The position numbers and the translations under genes are program-made. From Paragordius varius (lineage: Eukaryota > Animalia > Nematomorpha), in contig OZ176059.1 in NCBI GenBank assembly GCA_964247055.1, positions 868,001 to 932,000 on the forward strand: a DNA stretch of 64,000 nucleotides. The letters are read 5' to 3'. Below are positions 24,960-37,247 of this stretch, piece after piece. The notes beneath the pieces are model-generated. The model saw only the letters and a program-made list of their open reading frames with translations, did no database searches and was not told the DNA's origin. Each line of letters begins with the position of its first letter. Position 1 is the stretch's first letter.

Positions 24960-25539
24960 TATATATTTTCCAATTGTTATTAAATAATAAAAATAAAGGT
25001 GTTTAAGAAAGTATGGTTGTGTCTTTTTCCAAAAAAATTGTCCATATCATTAAGTTTGTTTCAATAATTTTTAATTTTTACTGTATATTTTTAGCTAATA
25101 GAAGTAAAAAGTCAACAAGTAACAACAACTTTTAATAATTTATAATTACCCAATACGTTTTCGCTCATTACTGTATATCATAACTTTGTTTTATTTTGGA
25201 TTTAGCCAACAAAATTTATCGTATTATTTATTAATTTACACTTCAAACTCACCCTAAAATAAATTATGTGTTTTTAGGGAGTAAACATATAATACAAACT
25301 ATGCTATAAAGTTATATTTTTTTATATTTATGATGAGTTATATTAGCCCGAAAACACGTAATTTAATTTCAGTTTGAATTTGAATTGTTTAAAGGTTAAA
25401 TGGTATATTATAGGGTTTTATACAATAATAAACAGTAAAAAAACAAGATTTAAGTCTGCCTTTACATTTTTTTCGATTTTTCAAACATTATTTTTTTTAC
25501 TGTAAAAAGCCCCAATAAATATATATATATAACTATATA

Positions 25540-25759
25540 CAGTATGCATTTTAATAGTTGTTTATTTCACACTATAGTAGGGCCATTTGCAACAAAGTAT
25601 TGTATGGAAAAAAGAAAGGAAAATATTGTTTTTACACTATTTTGTTGTTTTTTTCCATACATCACTGTTTTGCAAATTGCCCTACTATGCAATAAGCAAT
25701 CATTAAAATGCATATATATATATATATAAGTGTTAAATAAACCATTAATATGCATACTG
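25540..25759. mobile_element. MITE family B ending about 36 nt before the RXR exon 6 acceptor
   Basis: CAGTATGCATT...TGCATACTG with a duplicated right end and an internal (TA)n. Confidence 0.8.
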
Positions 25760-25796
25760 ATATATAAATATAACTTTGGCCCTATTTTACATGTAG

Positions 25797-26396
25797 ACGC
25801 CAAAAATTTGAAAAACGTTAGTCAAGTTGAAGCTTTACGTGAACGCGTTTATGGGACGTTAGAGGATTACTGTAAGCACACATATCCCGATGAGCCTGGA
25901 CGCTTTGCTAAGCTTTTGTTACGACTCCCTAGCCTACGTAGCATAGGTCTCAAGTGTTTGGAACACCTGTTTTTCTTTAAACTCATTGGGGATACGCCTA
26001 TAGATACATTTTTGACTCAATTGTTACTTGAAACGGGTGGTCCTACCCTTAACCTCAATCTAAATCTCAATTTGAGCAATATAAGTACCCACCAAAATAG
26101 TGGAGAAATGAACGTTAATGTTAATACCACTAACACAACAAACAATTGTAATAATATCAACAATAATAACCCATATAATTTCACTAATTATAATACCAGT
26201 AGTGATATGAATATGATGAATGATATGAGCTCAGACCTCGTTATAAATAATGATTGTCATAATACTACAGGTGTGAATTGTAACCATGAACAAACATTGA
26301 ATATAAATACGTTTCCAAATTCTAATGTGATATCGAATCCAAATACTTGTACTATTATTAACAAGGATAGTATTAATATTTGCAATAGTAACACAG
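25797..26396 (+). CDS. RXR: RXR exon 6 (helices 9-12 plus first part of Asn-rich F domain)
   Basis: ATGTAG acceptor; DAKNL...[44 protein letters not shown], then an Asn-rich tail; probable donor G|GTATAT at 26397. Confidence 0.93.
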
Positions 26397-27393
26397 GTAT
26401 ATATATATATATATATATATATAAATTTGTGGTTAAATACTTGGCAGTAATTTTAATTTTAGATATAAAAATTAAGCTTTTTTCAAAACTTAAACAAGTA
26501 TTATAACATCAGTTTCATAAGGAGGGGGGAATAAAAACTCAAAATAATGGTTTCCAGAAGTTTTCAAATCTGTTATAAGTTATTTTTACATTTAATCGAT
26601 AAATTTGCTACATAATCATCTATATTTTAAACGCTTAGGATTTTTGCATCTCGGGTAGGCAACGGTTTATTCGCATTTGATGCACTATCTCAAGATCGTA
26701 TATAAATAAAAACTATACGTTTTTAAACACAATTTATACTTTAATTAATATCTGTTAGAATGATCATAAACAAATTTTATGAGCTATTTTTAATTTGATT
26801 AACAAATGATTTTTTCCATTTTAGACCGTTTATTTTCTCCTTATATCAATTTAATTTGGATCCTAAACTGGTGACATTAATCCCGATTGTGGACTTGCCT
26901 ACTCAAAAACATCTTTTGGAAAAGAAATTAGATATTTAGAATTTATATTCGTATTCGATAATTCATTTTACAAATGTAATCTCTTTCAAAAATATATTTT
27001 ATTGTTTAAAACTCTTAGATGCTTAAGAATACCCAAAACAATTGTATGTTTGGGGAGATATATTTTTTTAACTGTAGATCATAAAGTACGACCTTGTAAT
27101 CGGAATATTCCATCATGATCTATAAGTCTATTAGTTTATAGTGACTGTTAACTATAAAAAGCACCTATTCATTCTGCAGAAATTCACCTTTGATCCATTT
27201 AAATTATCCTAAAATAAATTGGATGTTTTCTAAGTTAATTAATTAGCTATATTTTTTTAATATAGTACTGAAAAAATCGTAAACTATGCCCTAAGGATAT
27301 ATTTCTTATATGAGTTATATTAGCCCGAAAACATATATATATTTTTAGAAATGGCTTTGATTCTATATATATATGAATTTTATTAAATTTTAG

Positions 27394-27554
27394 ATAATCT
27401 ATCAAACACAATTATCAATGTTGTGACGCAAATCAATAATAATATTAATAATGTTAATACCAATACCACAACCAATAACAATACCAATCATAGCAATAGA
27501 ATTAACACAAATAATAATAACAATTATATCATGTTTTCGCCCAATACCCTATGA
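27394..27554 (+). CDS. RXR: RXR exon 7 (terminal, Asn/Thr-rich); absent from the ORF track
   Basis: AAATTTTAG acceptor. Phase 1 gives (D)NLSNTIINVVTQINNNINNVNTNTTT...YIMFSPNTL*, with the same composition as the exon 6 tail. The joined CDS from ATG 13326 is 3228 nt (1075 aa). Confidence 0.75.
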
Positions 27555-27743
27555 TTATACAATTTTTGCTTTCAACATTGAAATACATAGACAGACGATT
27601 ATTATATGTAAGGGTAAATTTACTTTTTTACATGTAGTAAGAAGATGGTTTAGGTCGAATTAGGTATATTTGGTGTAAATAGGTTTTGATATCTCAATAA
27701 TGATGACTGACCCCGCGCTCACTTATATAGGAAATGTAAATTA

Positions 27744-27960
27744 CAGTCATGTATCCTTTATTTTATCAAAAATTTATTTTATGGGTATGAATATTTGGTT
27801 AAGAATGGAAAAAAACAAGAGCTCTATGGTATTAACGATATCATATTCATCAAAAAAATATAAGAAATACCATAGAGCTCTTGTTTTTTCCAATCTTTAC
27901 CAAATATTTATATACCCATTCGTAAAAAATAAATTTTTCAAAATATAGGATACATGACTG
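27744..27960. mobile_element. MITE family C in or after the RXR 3' UTR
   Basis: TA-CAGTCATGTATCC...GGATACATGACTG-TA. Confidence 0.85.
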
Positions 27961-28983
27961 TATTAAGATTATGCAAATAAAAAAAATAAAAGTTTTTGAA
28001 AACAGCAGCGATCAACCATACTTTTTCGAAATTTAGGTTTTAAAAATGTGGTTGGGGGTGTTTAACACAACATTACCTTTTGAAGTAAAATATATTACAG
28101 AGCAATTCGATATTGGAGCATCTAAACAAATATCTACGGTATAAAGCCGAATATATAAATATGCCCGCTTTAGTCTTTTAAAAACATTATATAATTTTTT
28201 TTAAAAAAAATGTAGTAAAATAACCTCATCTCAAATTTTTTGCGCCATTTTATATTTTTATCATTAATGCAACAACCAAATAAATGTATATTATGGTAAA
28301 AAAATGTAAATACTTACCTTTTAAAAGCTTTCAGGCTATATTTTACCAGCAAAATCTTAATATATTTTGATTTTAATATCAGCCCTTCTTTTCAATCATG
28401 TTTTGGAGCTAACCCAATTTTAGACTCTAGAAATCACAAAACTTTAAAACATATAATCTTTTTAATCTAATTCATGACTTTCAAAACTGTAGTTTTGCAA
28501 AATTGAGCTTTGGGATATATAACTACCCCAAAATGTAAACTAGGACAAAAAAGTGAAAAGGTATTGAAGTGTTAATGGAAAATATTTCTCTTTTTACGTT
28601 TTTTCCCTAAATTTTTATTTTTTTATAATTATGGTCATAAACAGTCTGACTGGATATTATTTTTTAATTGGTGATCAAACCTATAGAAAGTTAAAACCAA
28701 CTATCATTACAAAAATAACCTTTTATGAACCCCGAAACTACACAATTTTTTCATTATCACTGTCAGGCCTGGTCAGGCAGACGAGTGTTAAAGCCTTCAT
28801 ATGTCCGGATACAATTTATATCCTTACCCTTTAATTTAAAAAGGGAAAAAGAGACTCTTAACTGTATATTTTTTTTATTCATTCTATGTTGCCTATATTA
28901 CAAATGTGAATTATAAAATGGCGTTTAACTATATTACACGCAATAAAAGATTTAAAAATATTCTTTTCCATATTAGAAAGATA

Positions 28984-29632
28984 CAGAAAAATTATAATTG
29001 TACGGACAAAAGGTAAAAATATAAAGACAAATATTTTTTCTAAAGGACAGCCATACTTTTTAAAACCTTAATGTTTATCATATAAGCTACTGAGTTACAA
29101 TTGTAAAATATAGAATTAATTGTGTTTGTCTTATATATCCGCTTTGCTAAAAAGTATGGGTGTGTGTTTAGAAAAAAATATTTGTCTTTATATTTTTACG
29201 TTTTGTCCGTAAAATTTCACTTTTTACTGTAAGTATAGTCTCTTTCGTAGTTACATTTTTTTATTGTAGTATAGTATATTTATTATATATATAAAAATGC
29301 TAATTTGAGGTGGGAGGGGAGAGAGGTGGTCATTTGCTTTTACAGTAAAAATTGAAATTATACGAACAAAACCTAAAATATACAGACAAGTATTTTTTTC
29401 AAAAGACAACCATACTTTTAAATCTTGATTATTTTCAATATAAATGAGTTTTTTAATCGAAAATATATAAAATACATATGTAAATCGTAAAACCCCATCA
29501 ATTTTATTTTTACAGTGCTAGTTAAATATTTTATATAAGTAATATTAAATTTTAAAATTTATAGTTGTCTTTTAAAAAAAATATTAGTCACAATATTTTT
29601 ACGTTTTGTCCGTATAATTTCAAATTTTACTG
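28984..29632. mobile_element. Two adjacent family A MITEs (28984-29229 and 29343-29632)
   Basis: Each has CAG(T)AAAAATT..AATT(A/G)TACG(G/A)ACAAAA and TTTTGTCCGTA.AATTTC..TTTTACTG-TA arms. Confidence 0.8.
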
Positions 29633-30124
29633 TATGTTTTGGTCTTTATAATTTCATTTTTTACTGTAGACATATAAATAATGTTTATATAGGGTCATTA
29701 TCACAATGTGTATACCCAATACCCAATGAACCACAAGAAAAAAGTAGCAATTAGTTTGAAACACAAAAAATTTTGATGACACATTATGCGCTAAACAAAC
29801 AATATCATCTTACAAAGGAGAAGTAGTATATGAGTTAATTACTGGTTTTCCCATTGAATAAACCAATAAAAAACAAAATATGTGATAACATTTATAAATT
29901 TATTTAGCAGAGCAGAGACACACCAAAACATCATGTATAAAAAACACTAAAAAATTTTATGGAACATTTTTTATCAATCACAAGGAAATTTTGTTTAAAG
30001 AAAATATGTAAGTACACAAATAATGTGTTTAGTCATTTTTCATATGTATATGTAAAATTATATTTATTAAGGGAAAATAAAATGGTTGTAGTTTTATTCG
30101 TTTTTTCGACATAAATGTAAATTA

Positions 30125-30301
30125 CAGTATGCGTAAAATATTGCTAGAAAGTTATTAAATAATGCCAAATAGCATATACAACAAAGGGGGTTATTATTGG
30201 CTTATAATAATTTTTTTGATAGCCAATAATAATTCTCTTTGCTGCATATGCCAATTGGCAATAATTAATAACTTTCTAACAATATATACTTAATCATAAT
30301 G
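30125..30301. mobile_element. MITE family D
   Basis: Homologous to 24770-24959. Confidence 0.7.
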
Positions 30302-30554
30302 TAATTAATTTTATTATGAAATAATTTTCCAAAATTTCATAAAATTTAAAACTGTACAACAACTAAACCCCGGATCATAAAAATATATGCATTTTTTTCC
30401 AATACCAATCAATATTTTGTACACTTGTTAAAGTTTTGTATGTGGGAAGATGGTTTTTTTGTTTAAATTTCTTTTATTTTACAATTTTTACCTTGACATT
30501 TGTTGTATGTATGTAAGTTTCATTATATTTTAATTTTAATGTATGTGCCTCCAC

Positions 30555-30588
<34 letters not shown>

Positions 30589-31739
30589 CCACCCATCCTA
30601 AATCATTATTAAATCATCATATAAAACCCCAAAAAAAGATTTTTCAATTAATGTTTTAACCTTTTTCGAGTAGGTATTTATTTTCAGCGCACTTTTCAAA
30701 AAAGATGTTTTTTTTACCCCATACAAATTTAATTATTATTTTGTTGCTACAACATACCCAAACCTTTTGTGAATATTTTATTAGTATTTAATATTTTTAG
30801 TTTGATTATTATCACACACACAAAATTATTGCATTTTTCAAATAGTTATAAAGCTAGCAGAAACGGTCTTAAAAAACCATAATTTATTTGTTATAAATAT
30901 ATATTAATATTCATATGCCCGTTTTTTTCTTTTATCATCTCTCCGCAAATTGTCACATTTTAAGATATTTTTAATTATTAAATTTATTGTTACATATTTA
31001 GATTGATGATAAAAAATATTTGGCTCTCCTTTTATTTAGTTGGATAAATTCAAAATAACTAATTTAATTGAAATGAAATTGAAATTGTTGTAATAATTTA
31101 TTATTAGATGTCAAATAAAAATGATATATATACATATATATGTAAAGTTTAAGAGGCTGGTTACCTCTGCAAAAGATTCTAAAAATTGTATGCATATAAG
31201 GTATAATACATGCATATACCATAAACACCCAATTTATCTTATATAAATTCATATTCTCCATATTTAATTAATTAATAATCATCAATAAGAAACACAAATT
31301 AATAAATTCATATAATATTTTGTCTCAATTAGAAATTACATTCATGCGTAATCTATGTTACAATTGAGATTTATAATGATTATATATGACATTACGATTG
31401 GCGTCATCATTTGTTTGCTGGTATTGTTAGAATTTCTTTTGTCTCAAAATATAACTTTTTCAATATCTTTCCGTAAATCATGGTTTGCCACTTGATTAAA
31501 GCAAATATATTATAGTTTGATATTTAGTTTAGAGCTAGTTAAGACAATAACCGCCCCAACAAGCGAAAGTTATAACAGCACACTGTGGATATAATTTTGA
31601 GATAGAAAAAATGATATAATGTGCACTAATTTTGTCATTTTGATTAAGAGCAAATGCCGTAAAAAACTTATAAACTTTTTTAAATGAGTTGTATAACTCC
31701 AAAACCAAAAGCACCTGAATTTAGATACATTGTTTGACA

Positions 31740-31787
<48 letters not shown>

Positions 31788-32246
31788 TCAGAATGAGCCT
31801 TGATTTGGTGCACTTTGGATATTATCCATCCATTGAAAATAGCATTTTATTTATTTTTTTGTGCATAGACTTGGATTTTTCCACTAGACAGTCCATTTTA
31901 TATATGAGAATGCAAACGATTTAATATCATAACACATTTTATTGGTAAAATAATAACAATATTTTATTAAATATAATAATAAATAAAATATGGAATGTGA
32001 CCAATATTTCTTGAATTGATAGCGCATCATTATCTTATGACTTATGTTAAATAATTATGGTGTATCGTGGTTATTTAGGGATAATAAAATACATAATTTT
32101 AGATAATTCTTTTGCGCACTACGTTTTGGTATATTATAAATATCCATAATTCGCAAAAATATAAGTATTAAACGCTATATAATAAAAATAAGCCATAAAT
32201 AAAATGCGCCTTTCAAATGATTAATTTCCACTATATCATGTATTTA

Positions 32247-33714
32247 CAGTAAAAATTGAAATTATACGGACAATAAAAATATAAAGACAAATATTTATTC
32301 TAAAAGACAACCATATTTTTGAATCTTAATTTTTATAATGACTCATTGTTTCAAACTATAATCAGTAAATAAAGATGTAAATTGATTAAACAAGCAACTT
32401 ATGTAACATAGTGTGCAAAAAAGACGGTCATTTTGATTTAACGAAAAAATTTTTTTTCATGAGATAGCTTATGACCAGTGAATTCATTTGCCGCAAAAAT
32501 TTTTATTTGTTGACAACCTAGTTTTTGAAATATTGAGAGAAAATCGAAATCGGGCAAAAAGTGAAAATTAAGGATAATTAAGGATAATTCAAAAAATAAT
32601 GATAAAATTTGAAATATTATGGTTTATTATCATTTTAGGAGATATTTTCAATATATAAATAGCCTAAATTCATATAGTTTGGGTTTCTATAAATTTCAGG
32701 TCTTCACACTTAAAAGACAAAATAAATTTAATAAAACTATATTAAAATAAATTTTAATTATTTACTACCTAAACTCACTATTAAAATCTTAACATTCATA
32801 TTTTATTCAGTATAAACTTATATATCCAAATAAAACCAAAAATATTGTTTTTTTTGCATTTTTTTGTCATCTGGTTTATGAGTGTATAAAAAATTTACTG
32901 TTTTATTTGGATTCTCACATGATTAGGAATTATTAAGTATATAATTTATGCACAATAGGATTGAAAATTAGTGGAATATCAACCAACAAATTGTACAAAT
33001 CCCAATACAAATATTAATTTGTCATAAAACTTGTTAGAGGAAATTTTAAGGATTTTTTGGTTGATATTCCACTACTTTTAAATCCTATTTTGCATGAATT
33101 ATATAAATAATTCCTAATCATGTGAGAATAACAGTATAAATTTTTTATACACTCATAAACCAGATGACAAAAAAAATGCAAAAATAAAAAACACTATTTT
33201 TGGTTTTATTTTGATATAGAAGTTTATTTTACTGAATAAAATATGAATGTTAAGATATTAATAGTGAGTTTAGGTAGTAAATAATTAAAAAAATTTATTT
33301 TAATATAGTTTTTTTAAATTTATTTTGTCTTTTAAGTGTGAAAGCGCCATCTTTTGACCTAAAATTTTATAGAAACTCAAACCCTAAAATGATAATAAAC
33401 CATAATATTTCAAATTTTATCATTATTTTCCTTAATTATCCTTAATTTTCACTTTTTGCCCGATTTCGATTTTCTCTCAATATCTTAAAAACTAGGTTGT
33501 CAACAAATAAAAATTTTTGCGGCAAATGAATACGCTGGTCATAAGCTATCTGATGAAAAAAAATTTTTTTGTTAAAATTTTTTTTGCACACAGTGTAATA
33601 TATGACTGTAATTTAATTATTTTAATAGGAAAATTAAGGTTAGAAAAAGTATCATTGTCTTTTATAAAAAAATATTTGCCTTATTTTATGTTCGTATAAT
33701 TTAAATTTTTACTC
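32247..33714. mobile_element. Family A MITE split by the foldback element
   Basis: The left arm (32247-32400) and right arm (33600-33714) flank the 32407-33595 insertion. Confidence 0.6.
32407..33595. mobile_element. Foldback-like CAC...GTG element, copy 2
   Basis: TAA-CATAGTGTGCAAAAA...TTTTTGCACACAGTG-TAA with a TAA TSD and inverted arms of about 550 bp. Confidence 0.85.
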
Positions 33715-33724
33715 TATAATGATA

Positions 33725-34935
33725 TTAGCTGTCTTCTGTCACGCGTTGCCTTGACTTAGTCGACAATGTCAATTTGGATAATATATTTTATGCCATAAAA
33801 TAAATTTATAGTTCATAGGGACGATTTTTACCGAAGGCGTATTCATATGTGACGTATTACCCTGGAAATATCAAATCGCTTAAATGATAAATATGCCTTT
33901 AAACGGAAAATGATAAAACCTAAATTGTTCATGAGCTCTCCTACATTTTCTGTAAAGTTGCTACCAAGCTAATTGATGACGTTTTTTACAGAGGCTGTAG
34001 TTTTACCCATAGATTAATATAAAAAAAAGCGTTAAACTAAAATTTTTGCCTTTACACTGAAAATGTGAAACATGTAAATGCATATGATTATAATAATTTT
34101 AGTGACCTTACTTTTAATATTAAAAATGCGCTGCGAAATTTTTGCCTTTATACGGGAAATAACTTAAACAATATATTACATTTTCTTATAACTTGGATTT
34201 AGCATTACCGCAATATTTTTATATGGCTCGTCTTGTAGAGGGTGGAGCTCTGGCTAGCTTAAACAAAAACCGAAGACTAAAATTTTTGCTTTTATACTGG
34301 AAATATCAAGAACCCTTATTTAATTTATAATGTTTAACTTGGACGTAGCTTTAAGTTCCCATGATTCTTTTATAGTACCACATTTTACAGAGGGCGGAAC
34401 CCTAAACATGCGCTTTTGAAAAAGAGCTGAATTATTTAATACGGCAAATACTTAAAACCATGATAAGAAACGGTCTCATATCAAAACGAGAATAACCTTA
34501 AAACTATATTACTTATATGTGATGGCGCATATCCCAGAGCGTTACCCTACCCAGCCGCTTATATTAAAAATGGGCTGGCTATATTTTTGTAACAATGAAT
34601 CATATTACATGATTGCTTGTGGGATGCTCTACCCAACGACTATTTAAAAAGTGAACTAAATTCTTTTGTTATAGTCTAAAAACTTGAGCTGCTTCAAAAT
34701 ATATTTAGTAACTTAGTTTGCACAAATGTCCGCAAATCGGGTTGGCGTCTTAATACAGAGGCTGATTCAAAAGGTAGGCCGCGCATTCGTAAATAAGCAA
34801 TATTTTTTATATAAGCTGACACGTTTTCCGGAAAGCTCAAAGATTTTCGCGGTACCTTTTTAAAACCCCTATTTGCCACGGCTTGCGGCTTATTTGAGGG
34901 ACTTGCTCAAAAATGTGTCTTATTTATAGTTAGGA
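33725..34935 (-). mobile_element. Old non-autonomous Helitron
   Basis: On the minus strand: A|TCCTAACTATAAATA 5' end and GTCAAGGCAACGCGTGACAGAAGACAG-CTAA|T 3' end (hairpin plus CTRR). It carries degenerate AAAGGCAAAAATTT repeats shared with the other Helitrons here. Confidence 0.6.
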
Positions 34936-34937
34936 TG

Positions 34938-34971
<34 letters not shown>

Positions 34972-37247
34972 ATGGTAAGCCAAATTTAGGGTCAAATATT
35001 CTTTTAATCTTAATATTATAAGTATAAAAATTTTCCTTTGGATCTAAATAAATTGGGTAAAATTAATGAATAATTAAGGCTTAAATTTGTGTCAATAAGC
35101 GAAATTTAAAATGTAAAACGTCTCAATGTAAAAATTAGATTTCAAAATACGTAAAGAGTGTATACTAAAGCATCAAATAACCTGGTCTTACCTGAAATGG
35201 TAAAAAATGTATGCTTTTTAATCTTATAATTTCAGTATATCGCTATATATTTTACTCAAATGCATAAATTTTTATTATCTATCTACCCAACAGGTTTACA
35301 AAAAAATGATGCGAAAAGGCGTTTTAAACAAAATTGATATATTTCAAATTTTGATCCACCAAAAAATTGTGCTAAAATACTATGTACTTTTGATTTTAGT
35401 TTAAAATCTAATTTTTTCATTTTTAAAACTTGATATATGTCGAAGCTTATTTAAACACAATCTTATGTTTTTATGTTTTTTGTTATTTTTAAATTTGCAA
35501 CTCAATCCATTTGGATACACGCATTTAAAATTCTTAGCTTGCTGTCAAATCGTTTAAGTTTATTTTCCGTGTGTGCTACGTGAACTTCAAACTTTTTCCT
35601 AAAAACTGGTGCATTCTGATAAAATTAGAAAAAATTCTGACCCTAAATCACATTATAAACGCACACAGACACATCTATAGTTTGTATATTTATAAAAATG
35701 GAAAATGCTGGCTTTTTGATCTGTTTCCGGAAAACTGGTATACCCATTCAAATCCAAATGTCGAAAAATTAATCATTAATGAATGCCCGACAATAACTTC
35801 GCCCTTTTTTGAGTTAGGCCCCCATTTCGGCCCACCCCGTGTAAAAATGGTTTTTTTGAAAAGAGAAGTCTATAAAAATCGTGTCTTTGAGACAATTTTC
35901 CGGAAAACGTGTTGGACCATTCGATTTCAAATATGATTTTTATTACTTATTTTGCGCTAAACATAGTCGACTTCCTTTTTTAATTTAGACCCTTTTTACC
36001 CGCTCCACCCCGTAAATTGCCATTTTTTCAAAAATACCAAGTCCTCAATAATAATCTTTTGAATTTGCCCAGGTAGGATACCGTAAAAATTCATTGAGGA
36101 TTCCAGGTGTTCCCTGTTGAAAGGCAAACATTTAAGTCGAGCGGTTATTTTAAATTAGCCGTTAATTAGGCCCTTTCGCCCTTAAAAATGGGCTATCATT
36201 GAACTAATATATAGTTTTGAAGCAATTCTTTCAAAAACTATTTAGAACATATGAAATGAATGATAATTCCAGGTATTACCCGAATTAAGGCAAAAATTTT
36301 AATCAATCGTTTTTTTGTTTCGCCCCTGGTTAGGAAGCTACCCGCGTAAAACTGCGTCACCATATCGATACAGCATGCCTTTGGAGCCAAATTTTAGAAA
36401 ACCTATGAGACTATCTGAGTTCAATAAGGGCCTAAAATATTCATTATTCCTTAAAAAACAAATATTTTAGTATAGGAGGTTATTTTAATGGGTCGCCAAG
36501 TAAAATTTTACGCCCTGAAAAATGAGCCACCATAGAACAATATTTTAGTTTTGTAACAATATTTCCATAAACTTTAGGAACATATAAAATCCATGATAAT
36601 TCAAGATATTCCACATATAAAGGCAAATATTTGCCCAACGCTTTTTTTATACCTACCCCTGGGCAAGGAGCAACCCGCCAATAACTGCGCCTCTATATAG
36701 AAATTGCGTTGTTTTGGAGCTAAGTAACAAAAGATTTATGAAGCCATATGAGCTCATTAAAAGCTTGAAATATTACCCGTAACTAGGTAAATATTACGGT
36801 CAAGCGTTTCTTTAATTAGCCGTTAATTTGGGGCCTTTATGACCTAAAAATACGCCATCATTATCGATTATTTAAGGTTAAAGTATTTTTTCGAAAAACC
36901 CATGAGAGAGACGATGGTATCAATGATGATTCCAAATATTTATTAAAGCAAAGAATTTAAATCAGCGCTAGGCCTATGGGTAGGGGTATACGGGTTTAAA
37001 ACTGAGACGCCATACAAAAATAGCGTGGTTTTGGAGCTAATTCAAAAAATTTAAGAAACCAAACGAGTCAAATAAAAGCTTTAAATAGTACCCATAAAAA
37101 AGTAAAATTTATAGTATAGCAGTTTTTTCCGTTAGCCGTCTATTAGGGGCCTTCACACCTGTTAACAATGACTTAGTATGAATGCACACATTTGAAAATT
37201 TTATGAAGCACCGTTAAAATCCTATGAAATCATAACTATTAAATAAT

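Noticed and set aside
31321-31720. Minus-strand segment after an ATTCAG acceptor as FGF exon 3 (contains FALNQN)
   Set aside because: It has no conserved Cys or terminal HFL motif and contains inverted TE-like motifs starting CACTGTGG.
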